In this document: positions 9,788-21,427 of the stretch, piece by piece
Numbering within the stretch: position 1 is the first letter of the stretch
How the letters are laid out: every line of letters starts with the position of its first letter
Translations under genes and position numbers: made by a program
Notes under the pieces: model-generated
The model's database searches: none
Seen by the model: the letters and a program-made list of their open reading frames with translations, nothing else
Told to the model about the DNA's origin: nothing
Assembly (NCBI GenBank): GCA_964035545.1
Contig: CAXIUT010000071.1
Coordinates: forward strand, 1 to 22,730
Reading direction: 5' to 3'
Source: Bugula neritina
Lineage: Eukaryota; Animalia; Bryozoa
Length of the DNA stretch: 22,730 nt

Positions 9788-12700
9788 TCATTTACCCATA
9801 GTTTATTGACTCTAAGATCTTTATGATTCTTTTAATGAAACTGTGTCTCCTATCTAGACTCCACTTTTTTATAATTTTTAAGTGAATTGTATGTTTTTAT
9901 TTTATGTTCTTTTTATCCAAGGGGCTTCTATCTTCTTTTCTATTGATTTTGGACTGAGTTCTTATAAAATAAATTATGCAGATATTGGCAACTGAAGAGA
10001 TGGTTTTGGAAAACGCGGAAAAGGAATACTAGGTCTAAGAAAGATTCTTATCTAAACTTATTATTTATTTCTCAAACTAATGGAACGATAGGGAAGATAG
10101 TTTGAAAGTAATTTTGAACAGTTGAAGCCTAGTGTTTATTTGAGATCTGGAAGACATTAATCTTGATCAAAGTTTATCTGTTAGAGTTTATTCATGGTTT
10201 CTTTGACACCGAATTTGTCTTATTTTCCTACTAGAGCTTTGAGAGCAAGGATGGCTTTGGGTTGTTAGTTAATAAGCAAAATACAAAATACCCAAATTGT
10301 ATCTAAGAAGTGCTTGCGTATTTTATTATTAACAAGTGAAGAGTTCTCTTTGCAAGTATTTAAGCAAGATACAATATTTTTATTCCACATATAATTCCAG
10401 GCAAATGATCCATTTTTGGTAGCTATCTTGTAGAAAGCAATCCTATGGAAAGCTGATATGTAAATTCATGATATTATTTTTAGATTACTAATTGAGATAC
10501 TGTCCTTCGAATGCACTTTGAATGATAGTACCTGATATTCCACCTTAACTGAACTATCCTTCATAGATAGCGATAGCCTATGACATCATTTTGGTTTAGT
10601 TGGTTTGATTTTATATTTTATTTATTGAACGGATGGCTTAGTCATATGCGCCATTCGAAAATAATATCTTTGACACCCATAAAGATATCTAGTCTTGTTT
10701 TGTTTATAGCTAGATATATTTTTGGAGATCTTAAAAACAGTTTTAAACTAGTATGTCGTTTTTACCCTTTGATTATTTCTATAAAGAATGTTCTTGTTGG
10801 TTTGTTTATTTTAAATGGACTGATTTCATTAGAACTTTTACTGAGTCTTATTAGTTATTTTTTTATTAACTTAAAAGTAAAAATGCTATGCTTCTGCCTA
10901 ATAAAATCTAAGGCTGTTTTTATTCTAGTATAAGGCCTGCACTAAACTATTTGATTGCTTCATAGTAGTTACCTAATTTGATTTAGAGGACACCTTTGAT
11001 CCATAGCCATTTCCATGAACAATCTTCTGCTACTTTTAGTGCCCGATCTAGCTACTATTTACTCTAATTCAATCTGCTCAGTAACAATAAAATCAATGAT
11101 TTAAAATAAAGAGCTAAAGGATGTGAGCCAATAACAGAGTGATAGTTTTCCATTAATTATAGAGTAGACTATAATATTTATTTGAAAGAGGCTTAATTTT
11201 ATCCTAGCTAATCTTATCTATCTTTCCCTTCTATTGCCAACTTTACTAATAGAGATACTTTATACAATAAAGGCTATACAGGTATTTTGCCATATTTATG
11301 ATAGTATAAATCAGTACAAGCACCGTATTTTGATAAGGCATCATCTTGCATCTCATTCTCTGCCATCAGTAGTCCCTAGCAAAGATATTTGTTATATGAG
11401 ATATCGGATTATCTACCGAATACGTCTTTGAGATAATTTTAGTATTATTAATAGGTATCAAGGGCTGCAAAGAAGTTGTTTTGGAAGAATTATCCGTAAG
11501 CTTTGAATAACAAAATTAAAGGATAGATAAATTATTTTTATCTGCCTACATAGAGTTACTATTATTTTTAGTTTATGTATTATGTTTGTACTCTTTGTTG
11601 ATCTTTTTTTGAATGGCTTATTATCTTAGTTCTCACTCGAGTTGACTATATTTTAGGGACTTTTCTTAAAACTGATTTAGTTGAAAAATATCTCAATTTA
11701 TTTCCTCCTTATTTCTATATTGATTTTGATATTTTGGCTTTTGCTCCAGGACTACCCACAACCAAGGCCTTTCTTATTTAAGATGTCTAGTTGTATCTTG
11801 ATTTAGGTTGTGAATTTTATCTTTTTATTTTTTGCAACTTTTTGTTATCTTCATTTCTTTTAACGTCTGTAAATATTTTAGTAAGAATTGTAACTCCTTC
11901 ATTATAGTTTGATTTGATTATATACATGAATGCCTATACTACAGTACCCCACTAGTCCATCTTTATGTTACAAATTTAACCCAACTTTACAACATTTAAA
12001 GCCTAGTAAAATTGATTGTTCTAAAGATAGAGTTGTAATAATTTTTTGTATGCTTTCTTCATCAAATTTATGTTTCCTTGAACTCGTAAAGAATATTCAA
12101 GATGAAGAAGACCTTATTATCTTTTTTATAACTTTATTTAACAACATCCTAGATAATAATAATAGTCACAACTCTTAGAATATTGTCCCTTGCCCACCTA
12201 CAATAAATAGTGATAACTTTAAGGCCATCTCTAGAGTTGATACAAACATATTCCAACTTTCAATTCCATCTAATGTCTGAGGACTTCAGTCCCTTAGTGA
12301 TGTCCTAACAGTTATATTCCTCTTAAGTATGGACCAAGGGCTTTATCTGGTTTTCCTTGAGCTCGATAGCAATCTCCAAGCGAGTGATGAGCTAGAAAGG
12401 TGGCTGTTGATTTATCGATAAGAGCTTTGAAATCTTGTTATGCTCTGTGGTAGTATTTGAGAAGGAGATAGAGTTTTCCTCGAAAGCAGATGGCTTATTC
12501 GAATCCTTAATATCTACGGATGCATTAGTTGACAATATCGAGGCTTTAAGTTACTCTTCCTTGATAGATAGTTTTTTACCCATTTTGTTGAGAGACATTG
12601 CTGATAGTAACATGGCATTAGGTTTGTTTTGATACTAATCTGCAATAATGGACAGATGGCTGAGGGCATTTTAGACTTGTCCAACTTTGAGTTCTGATAC

Positions 12701-12934
12701 TGCGCAAAGGTAGAGAGCCTAGTTGTGTCTTGGGTTATTTGAAAGGAACTGATGAAACAACTTGACTGCTTATTTGAGGTCTCCTTGGTTATTATAGATA
12801 TTTTTTGCTGAGATGAGGAGTGAGTCGTTTTCTGTCAGGAGAGAGGACGACTTTTTAGGGGAACGAGGTTCTTTTTTATCTTTGTTAGATGAGATAGCAA
12901 GAGATTTGTTTCTTTTGTGGACGTTGAAATTCAT
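9788..12934 (-). CDS. Large tetratricopeptide-repeat protein (about 1040 aa); intron 12560-12579; +1 frame discontinuity near 10259-10261
   Basis: TPR-like units such as AHHSLGDCYRAQGKPDKAL, WIKGVLEIKLGNYYEAIKEFSAGL and YNLGILYFAY. C-terminal LRPSIPFP...IEAPWIKR. Confidence 0.85.
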
Positions 12935-12995
12935 TCTATGATGTTTATTATATATGATCAAATCAAAAGGAAAATTGGATTGTTAATGTGAGAAA

Positions 12996-14167
12996 TCAAT
13001 CATTGAATTGCTTAGATTATCCGTTAGCCCATCGATATAAGTACCTACCTGATAATCTTCCCTAAGGATTGTCCAAAAACTATCCTTCAGCTCTGTCTCC
13101 TATTCCGAATTCATATAATCCTCTTTGTCTGATGACTCGGCCATCTCTAATCATCACTATTCCATCAAACTTATCTCCGTTATCGTATGTAAGGTTTCCT
13201 TTGAGTTATAGACTGTTGTTTCCATTGTAATCTGAGGTAAAATCTCCTCTGAGAAGTACTTTTCCAAATTTTATAACTCCATCTCCTCGAATACTATCAT
13301 TGTCAAAGCATCCTTCATAGACAGCTCCTTTCCAGTGATATATTCCTCTTCCATGCTTTTTACCTTTGACTAACGATCCTTAATACCTTCCCAACTCGAC
13401 ATTGTATTCATCATAATAGGTTACTTTTCCTTGTTGTAGTTCGTCTGATTGCCAGTTGCCTTCGTAGACTTGTGTATATCCATTTTATGTTTTTCTGAGT
13501 GATCCAAGTCCTTATCTATAATCTTTTTCCCAGTTCCCTACAAACTACCCATTTTTAAATGTCAACTTTCCTTTCCCACTTTTGAAATCATTAAGCCAGT
13601 ATCCAAAGTAATGTGCATTGTTGGGGTAGTAATGTAGTCCTAGTTGTGACTTTTTTCCGTTTTACCAGGCTCCATAGTAGATCATTTGTCCTTTTTAATA
13701 CTAAAATTTTCCTAGTTTTCCAATTCCATTGAACTTTCCATTGAGGAAATCACCGAGATAGATGATTTGGCTATTGGGATCATAGTTATGAAAGACGTAG
13801 ACGCCCATTCCTTCCATTTTTTTATTTTTCCACTCTCCGATATACCTATCTCCATTTCTAAAAACATAAAGTCCAAAATCGTCTTTAACAGAAGAGTGGC
13901 ATTATCCCAACTAACACTGCAAATCTTTTGTTTATCTTTATATTTTGGCAACTATCTAACACTACATTTACATTTTTATTTCATGAAGAGAAAGCTGTCG
14001 ACTTCTTACTGGAAATTGAGAGTAGGTTGTAGATATTTTTATTATTGGTTGCCTTTAAGATGACTATGTCTATCATCTGGTCGATAGGTACTGTGCACTT
14101 GTTTTAGTCCACTTATTTACTATCGTTTGAGGAGTTAGTTTCTTTGGCCTAAACTGGTTTTACTCAT
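12996..14167 (-). CDS. MORN-repeat protein, 383 aa; intron 13952-13971
   Basis: Repeated MORN units YIGEWKNKKMEGMGVY, YFGYWLNDFKVGKG, YEGSLVKGKKHGRGIYHW and YEGCFDNDSIRGDG. Confidence 0.92.
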
Positions 14168-14222
14168 GCGTTAGAGTATAATTTAATATCTCTATGATAG
14201 GTTGATGTAATAATTAGATTGA

Positions 14223-15766
14223 ATGTAAAGAGGAGGGGGATTTAATAGTCGACCTTGTAAATTTGGAGCTGATTGTCGAAAGTTAGCTACTGGAACTTGT
14301 ACTTTCTATCATCCGCCTAACCAACAACCTAACATGAATCAACCTGCCCAACACGGTCAATGGGAACAGCAAGGAAATCCTAAAGGAACTGGTTTTGGAC
14401 ATCACAAAAAAAACTAATACAACAACTACAATAATAACTACAATGGACCACCTCAAAACTATCCTAATAAATTTACTTAACCTAACCATTACCAACCTGG
14501 TCATAATCAACCTGGTCATAACCAACCGGGTCATAATCAACCGGGTCATAATCAACCGGGTCATCAAAATCCTCGATTCGGGAATGATCGACCGCCTCGT
14601 ACTGACGATCCTGTATAGCGTCAACTGTGTAAGATGTATCATTTGGGACTTGAGTGTAAATTCGGGTAGAAGTGTCGAGGTAAGCATGGTTTTTTGATAA
14701 ATAATTCATAGCTGATAAATCGATTTCAGATGATGAGAAATGTGCCTTTAGGTTTGATAACTCGATTGACTAAATTTATAAATGGAGGGAAAGAATATTT
14801 TGCTATGAGAAATGACAATACCATTAACTTCTTTCAATTCAGCTGCTAAACCAAACAACTAGCAGATGTGTTTAAATACTAGTTGCCCTGTAAAGATAAA
14901 AAATACAATTTTTACGATCACAAAAATTAAATTATTTACTTTTCTACATAAAATCCTTTAACTCATTTTGAGGATATGGGTTTTTATAACTGTTTGACTC
15001 AACAGTATTGTTTCATATAAAATTCACATGTAGGTAAGATAACAGGTATGGCTCATCTAAAATAAAATGTTCTCATTACTAGTTCTATGAATACTTAACT
15101 CAAAGTATGGAATATATCAGAAAATAACTAAATCAAGTTCTACCACTAGGCTACTTAACTCTTAAAAAGTAGTTTTAATCCTCTAAATGCCAACATTGAA
15201 CTCTACTTTGTTGATGTTAATCAAATAAATGGCATGCTAATAGTTAGTATTGGAACATCTGATGGAAGAGTCTTGTTCTTCTTAGGATAAACTCTCGAAT
15301 TTAAACAAGTTCAACTTGGTTAGCAGTACGTAACATATTTTATATCGAGGCTAAAGTATTTAAGTTGAGGTATTCGACTCGGCATGAGGTGCCTACAGCT
15401 TTGGTTCTAACCTGGAACCAACAAAAAACTTTCTCTAGCATCATGGAAGTAGATCTTGGCAATTTCCAAATACGCGCTTTGGTTGAGGTGAAGACGACTG
15501 AAGATCAACCCAAGGCAATGCTATGCCAATTTTAAATGATACATGGCTACCTGATGGTGGCCAACTTGAATGGGTTTGTTTCCATTTACGGATACCCTGA
15601 TTCTTCTCAAAAGCTGGGTGGATTTATCCATCAAAATCCAATAAGTGACATGATTGCTTCAGAACAGGAGCTGTCAACTACAAAAATAAAAATAAAAACA
15701 CTGTTTATCTTGTAAAAGAAAACAGAACAACGTTAAGGATCTCTAGGGATCTACGTGCTTAAATGA
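14223..15766 (+). CDS. CCCH zinc-finger + Q/N/P/G low-complexity + WD40-like protein (ZFWD-like), 507 aa; intron 15330-15349
   Basis: Fingers CKFGADCRKLATGTCTFYH and CKMYHLGLECKFGEKCRGKH (C-x8-C-x5-C-x3-H). WD repeat SHVGKITGMAHLKENVLITSSMNTELKVWN, followed by beta-rich repeats. Confidence 0.8.
14493..14564 (+). repeat. Coding 15-nt tandem repeat, about 5 copies (QPGHN)
   Basis: caacc[t/g]ggtcataa[t/c] units in frame within the CCCH-WD40 gene. Confidence 0.92.
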
Positions 15767-15796
15767 TCATCATCACATTAACCATCCATTCCTCAC

Positions 15797-15940
15797 ATAT
15801 TTATCACTTTATTGTTTCTTATATTTATCACTTTATTGTTTCTTATATTTATCACTTTATTGTTTCTTATATTTATCACTTTATTGTTTCTTATATTTAT
15901 CACTTTATTGTTTCTTATATTTATCACTTTATTGTTTCTT
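15797..15940 (+). repeat. Intergenic minisatellite, 6 perfect copies of a 24-nt unit
   Basis: (atatttatcactttattgtttctt)6 between the CCCH-WD40 stop and the CDC14 start. Confidence 0.97.
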
Positions 15941-15985
15941 TTGTTAGTTATACCTAATATGTTCTTTGCCTGATAAGTTAATATA

Positions 15986-17303
15986 ATGAATATAATGCTA
16001 GACAGGAATATTCCCAAGACAGTGATCCCTATTATTCCTCGTATCTTTTGTTCTATGTAGAAAAGTTCTACTACTTGGCTGATCTCAATCCTCCTAAAGA
16101 TATTCCTAATGCTTTCTTCTTTAATGTTGACAATGTACCTAGTCCTTTATTTAGGATCTAGTCTATGAAGGCTTCTTTTAAGATTTTGGACCTTTGAATC
16201 TATCTAAAATTTGGAAATATATTAACTAGGTCTCTAAGTTTTTAAGTGATCCTAAGTTCAAAAAAAATATTTTCTATCATTTTACCTCCACTCATTACAC
16301 CAAATGCACCAACTCTGCTCTTCTTGTCTGTTGCTACTTGGTACTACTTTAAATATTTAGATGGTAGCGATGAACAAGACAGCTGAGTAGGCATTTTAGC
16401 CTTTCAAGCAAGTGTAATTTAAGGCGTTTCGAGATGCAGGGTATGGTCAATGTACTTACAAATGCACAGTATTGATGTTTTTAATTAGATTTTGGATTGT
16501 CTTAAAGGTCTGCAGTATGCTATGAAGTTAGGATGGTTTAATTATAAAAAATTCGATTTGGTTGAATATGAACACTACTAGAGGATATAGAATGGAGACA
16601 TGCATTGGATAATTCCACATAAATTTGTAGCAATGAGTTCACCATACGATAAATCAAAAGATAATCATGATGTATGTCTGTTTTTATCAAGAATTCAGCT
16701 TTTAGTCCCAACGATTATATCCCTGCCTTTAAAAAACTAGGAGTTTCTGCTGTAATAAGACTTAATAATCAAACTTATGACAGCAATCAGTTCAAATAAA
16801 AGGGAGTCAGACATTATGACCTCTTCTTTACTGATGGAACTTGCCCTTCCAAAGAAATTGTTGATTAGTTCTTGAATATTGCATAAAAATAACCTGGAAT
16901 CATAGCTGTTCATTGTAAAGCTGGGCTAGGAAGGACTGGAACTCTTATTGGATGCTATGCCATTAAACATTATCATTTTAATGCTGCTGATTTTATTGGC
17001 TGGATTAGGCTTTGTCGACCTGGATCTGTTTTAGGTCCTCAGCAATTTTTTTTATTAGAAATGGAATAAAAACTTAAAATATCTGGTGATAATTCACCTC
17101 TATGGGGCGATACTAAGTTAAAATTAACTTAGTTATAAGTAGCTCAGCAGTTAAAGGTATTAATGGTGATATATTAGAGTTTAAGTATCAGTAACAAAGG
17201 GAAGATGAGTGAATAGTAGAAGGTAATCGGGTTGAAAGGGTAGAAGAATCAAGGAAACAAGTTGGTTTAAGCTAAAAAAAAGCACTAAATCAAAAAGATG
17301 TGA
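15986..17303 (+). CDS. CDC14: Dual-specificity phosphatase Cdc14 (about 405 aa); introns 16041-16060, 16135-16154, 16341-16360, 16469-16488, 16672-16691
   Basis: Motifs [41 protein letters not shown], catalytic [12 protein letters not shown] and [13 protein letters not shown]. Confidence 0.97.
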
Positions 17304-17331
17304 TATTTATTTACTCAAAAATAATTTAGTT

Positions 17332-18090
17332 ATGACAGGTATTTTAGATTGTTCTTAGATATTTTTGTTAGATAATATTATAGTTGGCATATCTATGGGA
17401 TTTCTTGCAAAATTTAACTCATTTACTGATGGATTTGCTAAACTGACTCTTATAGTCTTGGCTTTTCTTTTGGCTTCGATACCCATTGTCTTTCTTCTGG
17501 GAAACGAAAAGATTCATCATCAGAAATGGCATGATGGTCTTTCTTAGTATTCTGATAGAGAACAACAAATCAAAGAGGCTAAAAATGTTGATTTTGCTAA
17601 TATTTATTTGAAAGATGATGGAAATTTGGGTAAAAAGGATATCCAGAAAACACTTGAATTAGCAGATTATATATGTTATCAGTTGGATGAACAAGGTGAA
17701 ACGGTAGTTAGGAGAAATTTGTAGTTGAAGAGTAAGAAAAAGAGTAAAAAAGGAAATTAAGTTGATATGCCTCATTTCAAGGTGTCTCATACTTTGCTTT
17801 AAGAGCCTCCGCTTAGCGATTTGAAAGACGCTATATCTGAGTATATTGACTTTTAACACTACTCATTAAGTGGTAAATATTACGTGATTGTTAATTTTGG
17901 GTCAATGTAGTCTCATCTTCTTGAGGAAATATAAAAAATAAAAGACCATAATCCTTATTACAAGTTCATTGTTGTGAGTGCTTTTCCTATCAAACATCAA
18001 CTATTTGCATAAAAAGTCATTTAATAAGTATAAAATACTTAAACTATAAACGCAGAAGAGCCTTAGCCATAAGAGAACTAGTAGTTGTGA
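17332..18090 (+). CDS. Hypothetical single-pass membrane protein (start at 17332 or 17395)
   Basis: TGA-free ORF with the hydrophobic segment LTLIVLAFLLASIPIVFLL and an acidic C-terminus. Confidence 0.75.
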
Positions 18091-18129
18091 TGTGATAATT
18101 GATGATAATAATTATATTTATACTAATAA

Positions 18130-19467
18130 TCATTATGTTTTTTTTTTTATGACAGCTTCTTTTGTGATTTTATCAACGCTTTAATATCTTTACTTTCTTA
18201 TTTATTCGATGACGAGATTGAGTCGGTCGATGCATTGATCTTTTTTTCTAATGGCCTCTCTAAACAGTATTTCCTCTTTGATAAATTATTTTTATATTTC
18301 TATTAACTTTCTTTAGTACTGTTTTGAATTGTCAATAGAGTGTTCTTCAATTGATTAATTGGACGAGTTCTTTTTTATTTTGGAGCATTTACAGGTTTTT
18401 AAGAACATGTTGAGCTATTGATTTTATTATTGTAATTTGCTGACGATATCTAGTAGATTTTATATTTTTTATGTGTATTTAGCTATTTACTAATCTTATG
18501 ACTACCTGAACATAGATGATATGTAGCCTTAATGATAGTTTTTAGATGACTGCAACTTATCATTTTATAATTATAGCTATATTATTCTTTATCTCAACTT
18601 CTATAACTATTACTTCTAGTGGTTGGCTTCGTCTTCATATTGAATTATCATGTCCAAAAACTATTATATTTGATTCTTTGTGCTACTTATTTGTTAATTA
18701 TTCTACTATACGATTATTCTTATCTTATTTTAATACTCATTCTATATATTTGTTTTTGTCTGTTATTCGTGTTATACTGTTTATTTTAGATTTTATAGTT
18801 GAGATGTGAGTTGTTCTTTATCTTCTAGTAGTTTTTTAATCATATTCGAGTACTAATCGAACATGAGAGTTAGTTCTTATTTATTTTTTTTGAGGGCTAT
18901 TTATAATTTATTTTTGAGGATGAGTTTTAATTACTGTAGAGAATTTCTTAATAATTTATTTTATTTTGCCATATCATTGTTATCTTTTATTCCCATCATC
19001 TACCTCTACACCTGGCTTATTGAATTATACAGCAATTATTCTAACTAATTCTAGTTATTATTCACCATGTCTACTATCTTATTCTTATTCATTTTCTAAT
19101 ATTAGCTATTTTAGTTATTTCTTTCTTTTAATATTGGTTGTTTGAAATACTATATTTATTTTGTTCTTTTGTTATTTAAGTTGGTTTTTCTTTATTTTAG
19201 TGGACTTTAATGAAGACAAAAGTTTTATTTGTTTATTATGTTTTTGTTCTATTGCTATGGACATGCTTTCTATGATATCAATTTATCTATATAGTATTTT
19301 TTAAATGCCTTTAAATATGATTTTCTTGATTAGCTATTTTCTTTAATAAATAGATAGATACTTTTGAACTATGCGGTTGAGTTGTTTTATTTTGAGAGGG
19401 AGTCGTTGGTGTGGGCGGTGGTGCGAGAGGTGGTTGAGGTTTTTTGGTATTTTTGGAAGTAAGACAT
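18130..19467 (-). CDS. Hypothetical coiled-coil protein, 445 aa
   Basis: Intronless ATG-TGA frame with TAR=Glu. E/K/N-rich heptad-like composition. Confidence 0.75.
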
Positions 19468-19565
19468 CGTAGCTGTTAGACTATTTTATAATAAGGTCTA
19501 AAAACTATTAATTTTATAATAATAAAGCTATTATCATTGAAATAACTTATAATTATAACAAATCA

Positions 19566-21385
19566 ATGAGTGTGAAACTACCTATCATCAAAAAATAAAC
19601 CATCCCGAACGATTCATCTATCATCAATGAAAATTAGTCTTTTAATATTGTAAATCCTCCTTCGTAAAACCATCCTGAAGAATAAGATTATTAAAATAAT
19701 GCTGAATTTTAGTAGATTGAAGAATCTGCTCCTCAGCAACCCGTATAATCAATAACTGTACTTAAGTCGAGAGCAGAACCGATTGAAAACGAGTTGAGAG
19801 TGGAAGTAGAGATGAAGAAAGAAGGAGGCGTACAAGTTTAACCTGATAAAAAGTCAAAATTGTAAGAATTAGAGGAAATATATAACTAGAAGTAAGTGAT
19901 AATAGATTTAGATTAAAGTAGACCTCTCAGTTGAGGTAGAGAGTAAACTAAAAGAAGAAAGATCTTAAAAGTATTGGAGATAAAGTGGATAAAGATTTGA
20001 ATAAAAGTTTATTGAAAGCAACTAAAACTAATACAGTCAATATTCGAGATATTTTTTCATCAACTCCAAAGATAATGAGTCAGAAAGGAAGTCTATTAAA
20101 TGAAGAATTGAAAAAGATGCGATTGGCTATTAAAAAAATAAAGATAGATATCCAGAAAGTCAATGAGGGGATGTTAGATCCAGTATCCCAGATGAATTAA
20201 GAACGGGGAGCAGAATTAAAAACTCGAATAAGGAAAACTGATTTTGATTTAAAGGTTTAGGAGAATTAGAAGAGTATGCTTGAAGAATAGATATAGCGGG
20301 GAGGGAGAGATATCAATGATTAGTAGTAAAAGATGAAAGCAGAAGACATTAGTAGAATGAGACAGCAACTTGGATAGCTTCAGAACAATATTAAGTAATA
20401 GAAGTTAAAAATATATCAGTTATAAAAGAAAGATATATTCTTGATGTAAAAAGCTCAATATATTCAAGAAATAGACGGACATAAATATACTAAAAGAAAC
20501 AAAATATCATAAAGTTAGAAGTAGAAGTTGTAGCAGTAAATAAAACAGCTAATATCTGAGATAAACGATACTATGGATGAGAGAAATAAAACATAATCTT
20601 AAAAGAAACAATTAACAAAACACTTGATAGGTGAGGCTTCATCGATGTAGACTAAAAATTGGTAGTTATGTAACAAGTTGAGAGAAATTGATGCGTATTT
20701 GCTTCAGTATTACTAGAAGAAGACAAGGAGGAAGGAGGTGAGACCTTTGTAGAAGTCAATAGATGTGATAGAGAAGTCGGTATCAGGTACGATATAGATG
20801 CATAATACTACTATTAATGAGAATTTGAATAAGAGTAAGTTATCATAGAATGATAAGAATATAAGAGGAGTTGAAACACTAGTTGAGAAGAAGAGATCAT
20901 ATGAATTTGGTTCTAGATAGTTAATTTAAAACGAAATAAATATGTCTGACTAATTTCTAGGTCCAAAGATAAACATAAAAAGCATTACAATAAGATGCGA
21001 TAAATCTAAAATATACAGTATATCTGCTAGATATTTGAATAGTTATCAAAACGAGGTGAATGGATTTACAATAGGATCAAAATCAATACCCTAGACAGCA
21101 TAGACATTATAGCTAAAGTTGATAAAGTAAGAGGTGATAAATTATGTTCATACTGGTTATTCATAGTAGAAAAGTATAATATTTTTATTATTGGTGACAT
21201 CTTAGGGGAAGTAGTTGAAGTGGGGGAATAAATAAAATCATGCTAAAAGTTAACAAAAACATATCAAAAGGTATTAATCGAGCTATATTAAATGTAAAAT
21301 GATCTAATTCTAACAATAATAAGATAAGTTTTTATCCTTTTTGGCTGGCTTTACTTTAGTTACCACTTATCTCACAGCTAAATGA
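19566..21385 (+). CDS. Coiled-coil protein with a C-terminal jacalin-like beta-prism domain, 599 aa; intron 19892-19911
   Basis: Long E/K helical region, then IKSITIRCDKSKIYSISARY...EEVINYVHTGYSEEKSIIFLLLVTSEGKELKWG...LAGF. The strand pattern resembles jacalin domains (by eye). Confidence 0.7.
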
Positions 21386-21427
21386 TTTTTTATATCTTAT
21401 GGTTCATAATAATTAAGGGAATACTCA

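Noticed and set aside
10590-10610. Partial similarity to the Tetrahymena chromosome breakage sequence (GTTGGTTT; similar strings near 6637 and 17261)
   Set aside because: Only short partial matches, inside coding regions and far from telomere junctions.
15797-15940. CRISPR array
   Set aside because: Head-to-tail identical units with no spacers, in a eukaryotic context.
17157-17177. Possible 21-nt in-frame intron in CDC14
   Set aside because: It is not needed for frame, contains no in-frame TGA, and has T rather than A at -6. It cannot be decided without RNA data.
17339-17358. 20-nt GTA..TAG segment just after the ATG at 17332
   Set aside because: It lacks the -6 A, and splicing it would break the open frame from 17332.
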